Positions 59,331-64,000 of a stretch of DNA of 64,000 nt are shown piece by piece. The notes below the pieces were generated by a model that saw nothing but the letters and a program-made list of their open reading frames with translations, was not told the origin of the DNA and ran no database searches. Within the stretch, counting starts at the first letter, position 1. Each line of letters opens with the position of its first letter. Location: the NCBI RefSeq assembly GCF_963853765.1, contig NC_088859.1:18538001-18602000 (forward strand). The letters run 5' to 3'. The translations under genes and the position numbers were made by a program. This DNA comes from Magallana gigas. Taxonomy: Eukaryota.

Positions 59331-62300
59331 CATTTTTTTAAATTGTCATAAAAAACGAAGTTAAAACAGGAATTTTATGTACGACTTGACAATAGACATT
59401 TTCGGAAATTTTATGTACGACTTGAATTAAATCGCTTCTGTATGCAGATCAAATCAACAACTTGGCATTTTTTGGGATTTAAATCTAGTAAGGGTAAGAA
59501 ACGGAAATGTTTGTAGCGTTGGAGGGTTAGAAGACTGACCATAGTTAAAAGTTGAAGCGGGCAAGAGATTAAAGTCATCCGATTTACATCGAAACAAGCA
59601 GTCGACGTTTGGAGAAATGTTCCCGTATTACTGATATCGCAAACGCGAAAATTGTTTCATATTAATTATAGCTGCATATCTACTACTATGGGTCGACATA
59701 CGACAAGCAACTAGAATTGTCTATCAGAGCAGACTACAGCAGCTGTACAGATCGCTAGATCTTCAGTTACGTTTCATAATGTATACGGGTCGTTTATCGT
59801 TTATGTATGCTTATATACAAATGAATGTCACTAAATCAGTAAATGAAACTAAATTATTAAACTTTAATGAATATGTGCTGAGTTTCTGCTAGGAATAAGA
59901 AAACTGCATCCACGTAAATGTACCCCCCCCCCAATATACATCACAAAGCTTGGAGATTGGAATAAAATAGATCTTATGAATTCATAGTGGTTTTAAGAAA
60001 TACTTGTGTCATTTATTTTGATTTGAAAAATTTACATGTATGTTCCTAAATAATTCATTTCCCTTTACAACAAGTCGTGTCACAAGGGGATGCTCCGCTT
60101 AGCGGTGCCCTTGTTGATAAAATATTCATGGTTATGAAGCGTGATCATGGCTTAAATAATACATTTGACTCTCATTCACGAAATGGTTTTTGATTGATTG
60201 ATCCGAAAGGCAAAATTTTATTAATGCAGTAACGAGACATTGCTCATCTGTATAAATATTGTTGCAATATGGTGCATAGTGTTGTTCCAGAAAGTAAATG
60301 TTCGAAATCGCGGGCGTAAACGTGCATGAGTGTTCTGAACATCAACCACGATGTCGCATATCAACAAGAAATGATCAAAATAATGGAAAATGATGAGAAT
60401 AGTCCTTTTGAAAGCTCCTCAGTTGACATGAAAATGTTTAGCCCTCAAAAATTGTTCAAATACGTTTCGAAAAGACAATCTGCTGTCATTTCAAATATTG
60501 GTCATCCAAAAATTACAAAGCAAATCGCAAGCGATGGCAGTTGTCTATTTAGAACAATATTTATTCAATTTCAAATAGATAAGAGTATTATCAGAAAGTA
60601 AGACATGCAGTAAGACAGGCATGGTACCCGGCGATTCCGTTTTCGAATAACCTTGAGCTGGAAGATGTTCCAAAAGAACTTGGTCGTCTTAATTCATTAG
60701 AACAGCATCTAGTGGCACTGAACATACCATTTATAAAAATACTCGGTTTGCCAAAGAGAGGACAAAATGAAGTGCATGATCCTGTTGTTTGTGTGCCATC
60801 CGATTTAAAAAATGTAACAGCTACTCTTCCAAGACCAGAAGACGAAAGTATTTTAATGAAAGTCAAATCAAAGAGAAAGTTGATATATAATGGGTACGAA
60901 GAATATCAATTTGTCAATTCTAAATATCTGGAGGAAGTTTTATCGTTTCTTTAAAAACTTATAAATGGAACAGTCATGTTGAATAAATAAAGATTGGTTT
61001 AATCCTATTCCTGATGAAAATCAATCTAATACTGAAACAAAAACACCGATGATTCTGAAACCGATGAAATGGAAACGAATGAAAATTTATTACAGGAGAA
61101 CACTGATATGCGCAATGTTAAATTCACAGGGTGATTAATTCATGGATCCAATATTTATTTTAATATATTGACATTTAATGTACTGATTCATACATGTATA
61201 TCATTTTCATCATCATCTATAAACATAGTGAATTACAGATCACTGGAATTCACTACGTTTGCACACACTTTTGATTCATATTCATGGTGTTTAACGTTCA
61301 TTGGTTCCGTTTGGATTGTGAAAGATCAAAAGTGTTTGGATCATGTGAGGGTTGTATAATTGGTTTATGTTTTAGAAATAGTAATGAATGAGTGTTTTAA
61401 CAAGTTTAACATATAAGTGCGCATGCTTGGCACCAAATCTTAAAACTAATACACTTCACCCCCAGACAGCCGGGAGAAACGAAGAGTCTATCTCCTTTTC
61501 TATATATCATCTATTTTATAATAGTGAAATAAAATATGTCATTTCGGTAAGTTCGTTTACCGCAGTTACTAAAGTTATCTGTTGAAATAATTAACTATTT
61601 AAAACATGAATTAATCTTATTTAAACATCTTAAAATATATTTTATGTGTGAATCTTAGCTGTGTGTGTATTTTACTATATTTTTGCAATAATAATTGTTA
61701 CAGATTACCATGAATTCTATACATTGAAAACTATATAATTTCCAAGAACCCAACATCAGAGTTGTTCATTCATTTGACAACAGCGATTTAACATCTAAAT
61801 TGTGGCTGTGACATTAACAATACAGAAAATGACAATCGAGTCGGATTCATTTCTAAACGAAAATTTGCAAGGCGTTCACCTAGATACATGCCTGCAACCT
61901 GCTGATATCGGACTAAATGTGTTAGATTTATGCTTTGATCAAGTTTTTGAAATTTCACCCGCGGAGAACAATACTCCAGTTAACGTATTACAAGGGAATA
62001 GAAGCCAAAACATTCCTAGCCCATTTTCCAACAGGCAAACATACCATGTCAGAAGAGCGAAATAAAAAATTAACAATGGGCAGATAGTTTAACCTAAAAC
62101 TATTGAGTGTAGAAAATAGATTTGCTCAAGACACGTTTTACATATTTTTTTAGTCAGTATTTAATAGAATTGAATAAAGTCATTTTAAATGGGCAAATTT
62201 CTTAAAGAAAAGGACCAGATCAGACATGGCAAAAATGTGAATGCAGTAATGCTTTGTGACAAAAACGTTTAAAAAATTGTTTAAAAAAGATGAAGCATTT

Positions 62301-63201
62301 TAATTGTTTAAAATCTGTCAGAGGGAAACCACCTTATTGCCAAGCTGTACAAAAAGATGTCGTTGCATTGATACGTCAGTTGGGAATTCCTATAAAAATT
62401 TGTTCCTTTTTATTTGCTATTTAGATGGCCGGAAATCGTACAAATAATCATGAAACAGCAAGGTGACACAAGAGACTTTGAAAAACTTACATGGAATGAC
62501 AAATGCAAAATTCTGCAAAGCAATCCAGTGACAGTAGCAAGAATGTTTGACAATAGATTTCACACTTTTCTGCAAAAAGTTACATTGTCAACTTCAGAAC
62601 CAATTGGAAAAGTAATTTACTACTTCTACAGAATTGAATTCAAGCGAAGAGGTTCAACACATACATATTGCCTGTTTTGCCTTGAAAATCCCCAAAGTTC
62701 AGAGAAAATCACAAAATTCCACATAAACACGAAAACCAAGAACTATATAATATTGTCATGACTGTGGAACAAAACAGTGAAAATCATGTTAAAAGAAAGG
62801 AACCGTTTGCAGATTCAATTTCCAAAGACCATCCTCATCCCACAGTAAAATCTTTCATATCAAAACCTTAAGACGATGTTGAAAAAGATTAAGAACACTT
62901 AGCAAAAGAAAGGTTGTCGTACCTGTGAAATACTTGTCATCCATCGGAAATAATGCATAAAGCAAATTTGTCACACAAAGAGTTTGAAAAATGTTTTAGA
63001 TATGTAATGAAGAGAGACACAGTTGTGCTTCAAATACCAACTAGTGAAGTGTTCACAGATCAATATAACAAACATCTTTTTAAAGCTTGGAATGCAACCA
63101 TGGATATGCAATATATTCTATATGCGTTTTCATTCGTCGTGTATGTAATAAGTTACATAGGCAAACCAAAGGGAGAATTAGGACTGCTATTACAACAAAT
63201 T

Positions 63202-64000
63202 TATCGACCGTCGGCTAACGGACAGGTTGAACTCTATAATCGGACTCTCATGGATGCTGTCAGATGCTACATTAAATAGGCCCAGGATTGTTGGGACGAG
63301 CATTTTGCACAGATAGCCGGGGCTCTGCGCTCTGCAGTGAACCGTAACTCTGGTTTCACCGCCAATAAACTGATGTTGGGCAGGGAAGTTAACACACCAG
63401 CCAGTTTAATGTACAGACCTCCCCATCAAGAGAATCTGGTGAATCTGGATAAGATCTAAAGGAGAGGATACAGTCTGCGCATGAGACCGCCCGTAGACCC
63501 TTGAACACCTCGGAAGAGCGGATGAAGAGGGATTTTGACCTTAAGGCAGCCACCCGCCCCTTTGAGGAGGGCGACTTGGTATACATGCTAGATACTGCGA
63601 CTGTTAAGAGCAAGTGCCGGAAGTTGAGCCCAGGAATCATCCTCAAGAGGCTGTCACATTACCTTTACCGTGTGAAAACTAAGACAGCCGTGATAGTGGC
63701 AAACCATGACCGCCTTAAGAAGTGCAACAACAGGGATATCCCCTTGTGGCTGGCCAGGTATCGGGAGAAGTTCGTGAGTGGGGGAGGTTCACAATGTGAT
63801 GTACAATCTGATGAAGATTGCGAGGCGCAAGGTTCGAGTTCTCAGGGAAAAAGAGCAGTCGAAGGCCCAGACGAGGGTGATGACAGTCAGCCTAAACCCG
63901 CTCGCCGCAGAGGACGTCCTCGGAAGCTGAGTAAGACTCCTGAGGAACCCTACCGAGGAGGGGGCCGACCCACGAGGCCCAGCCAGTCATCCTCTGATAC
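63202..64000 (+). mobile_element. Gypsy/Ty3 integrase C-terminal part (runs off the window end)
   Basis: YRPSANGQVELYNRTL, WDEHFAQIAGALRSAVNRNSGFTANKLMLGREV, FEEGDLVY and ANHDRLK, with an abrupt GC increase. Confidence 0.9.

Larger units (their letters stand above)
58281..63201 (+). mobile_element. Large decayed Helitron/Helentron Rep ORF, helicase half missing
   Basis: K-rich start MPRKSKKS, then VQGTIHQRDIRF*LKSGKQCVTNSLSAI, IASDGSCLFRT (OTU), and the DUF6570-like block LEQHLVALNIPFIKILGLPKRGQ..VKSKRKL. Rep motifs follow: CLQPADIG, SNPVTVARMFDNRF, YFYRIEFKRRGSTH (HUH) and WNATMDMQY..YVISY. Confidence 0.88.

Overview
AT-rich eukaryotic genomic DNA with spliceosomal introns and two N-gaps. 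The repeat families and the intronless B-box/NHL gene type suggest a bivalve, probably an oyster (inference). There is no prokaryotic operon, rRNA or CRISPR array. Host genes, left to right: the 5' exons of a QRICH2/C16orf96-like gene (minus, runs off the window start); two tandem DHRS11-like short-chain dehydrogenase genes (plus); an intronless RING-less B-box/coiled-coil/NHL (TRIM-like) gene (minus); and TMEM220 (plus). From about 37 kb onward the window is almost entirely nested, decayed transposons: RTE-X-like and CR1-like LINEs, two MULEs, hAT, Kolobok-type MITEs, a large Helitron and a Gypsy integrase fragment. Most notable observations: (1) DHRS11 copy A has two alternative 90-nt versions of the exon encoding the substrate-binding loop, only 36 nt apart, which looks like mutually exclusive splicing. 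(2) Its paralogue B has inactivated one of the two exons and diverged mainly in the catalytic/substrate half. (3) A TA-flanked TIR element inserted into a Tyr codon just before the TRIM-like gene's ancestral stop and supplies a new 33-aa C-terminus. (4) A CR1-like LINE carries a 2A/StopGo motif. (5) A Helitron ORF carries two different deubiquitinase-like domains. Exon coordinates were read by hand from GT-AG sites and frame continuity; TE family names come from recalled motifs, not database searches.
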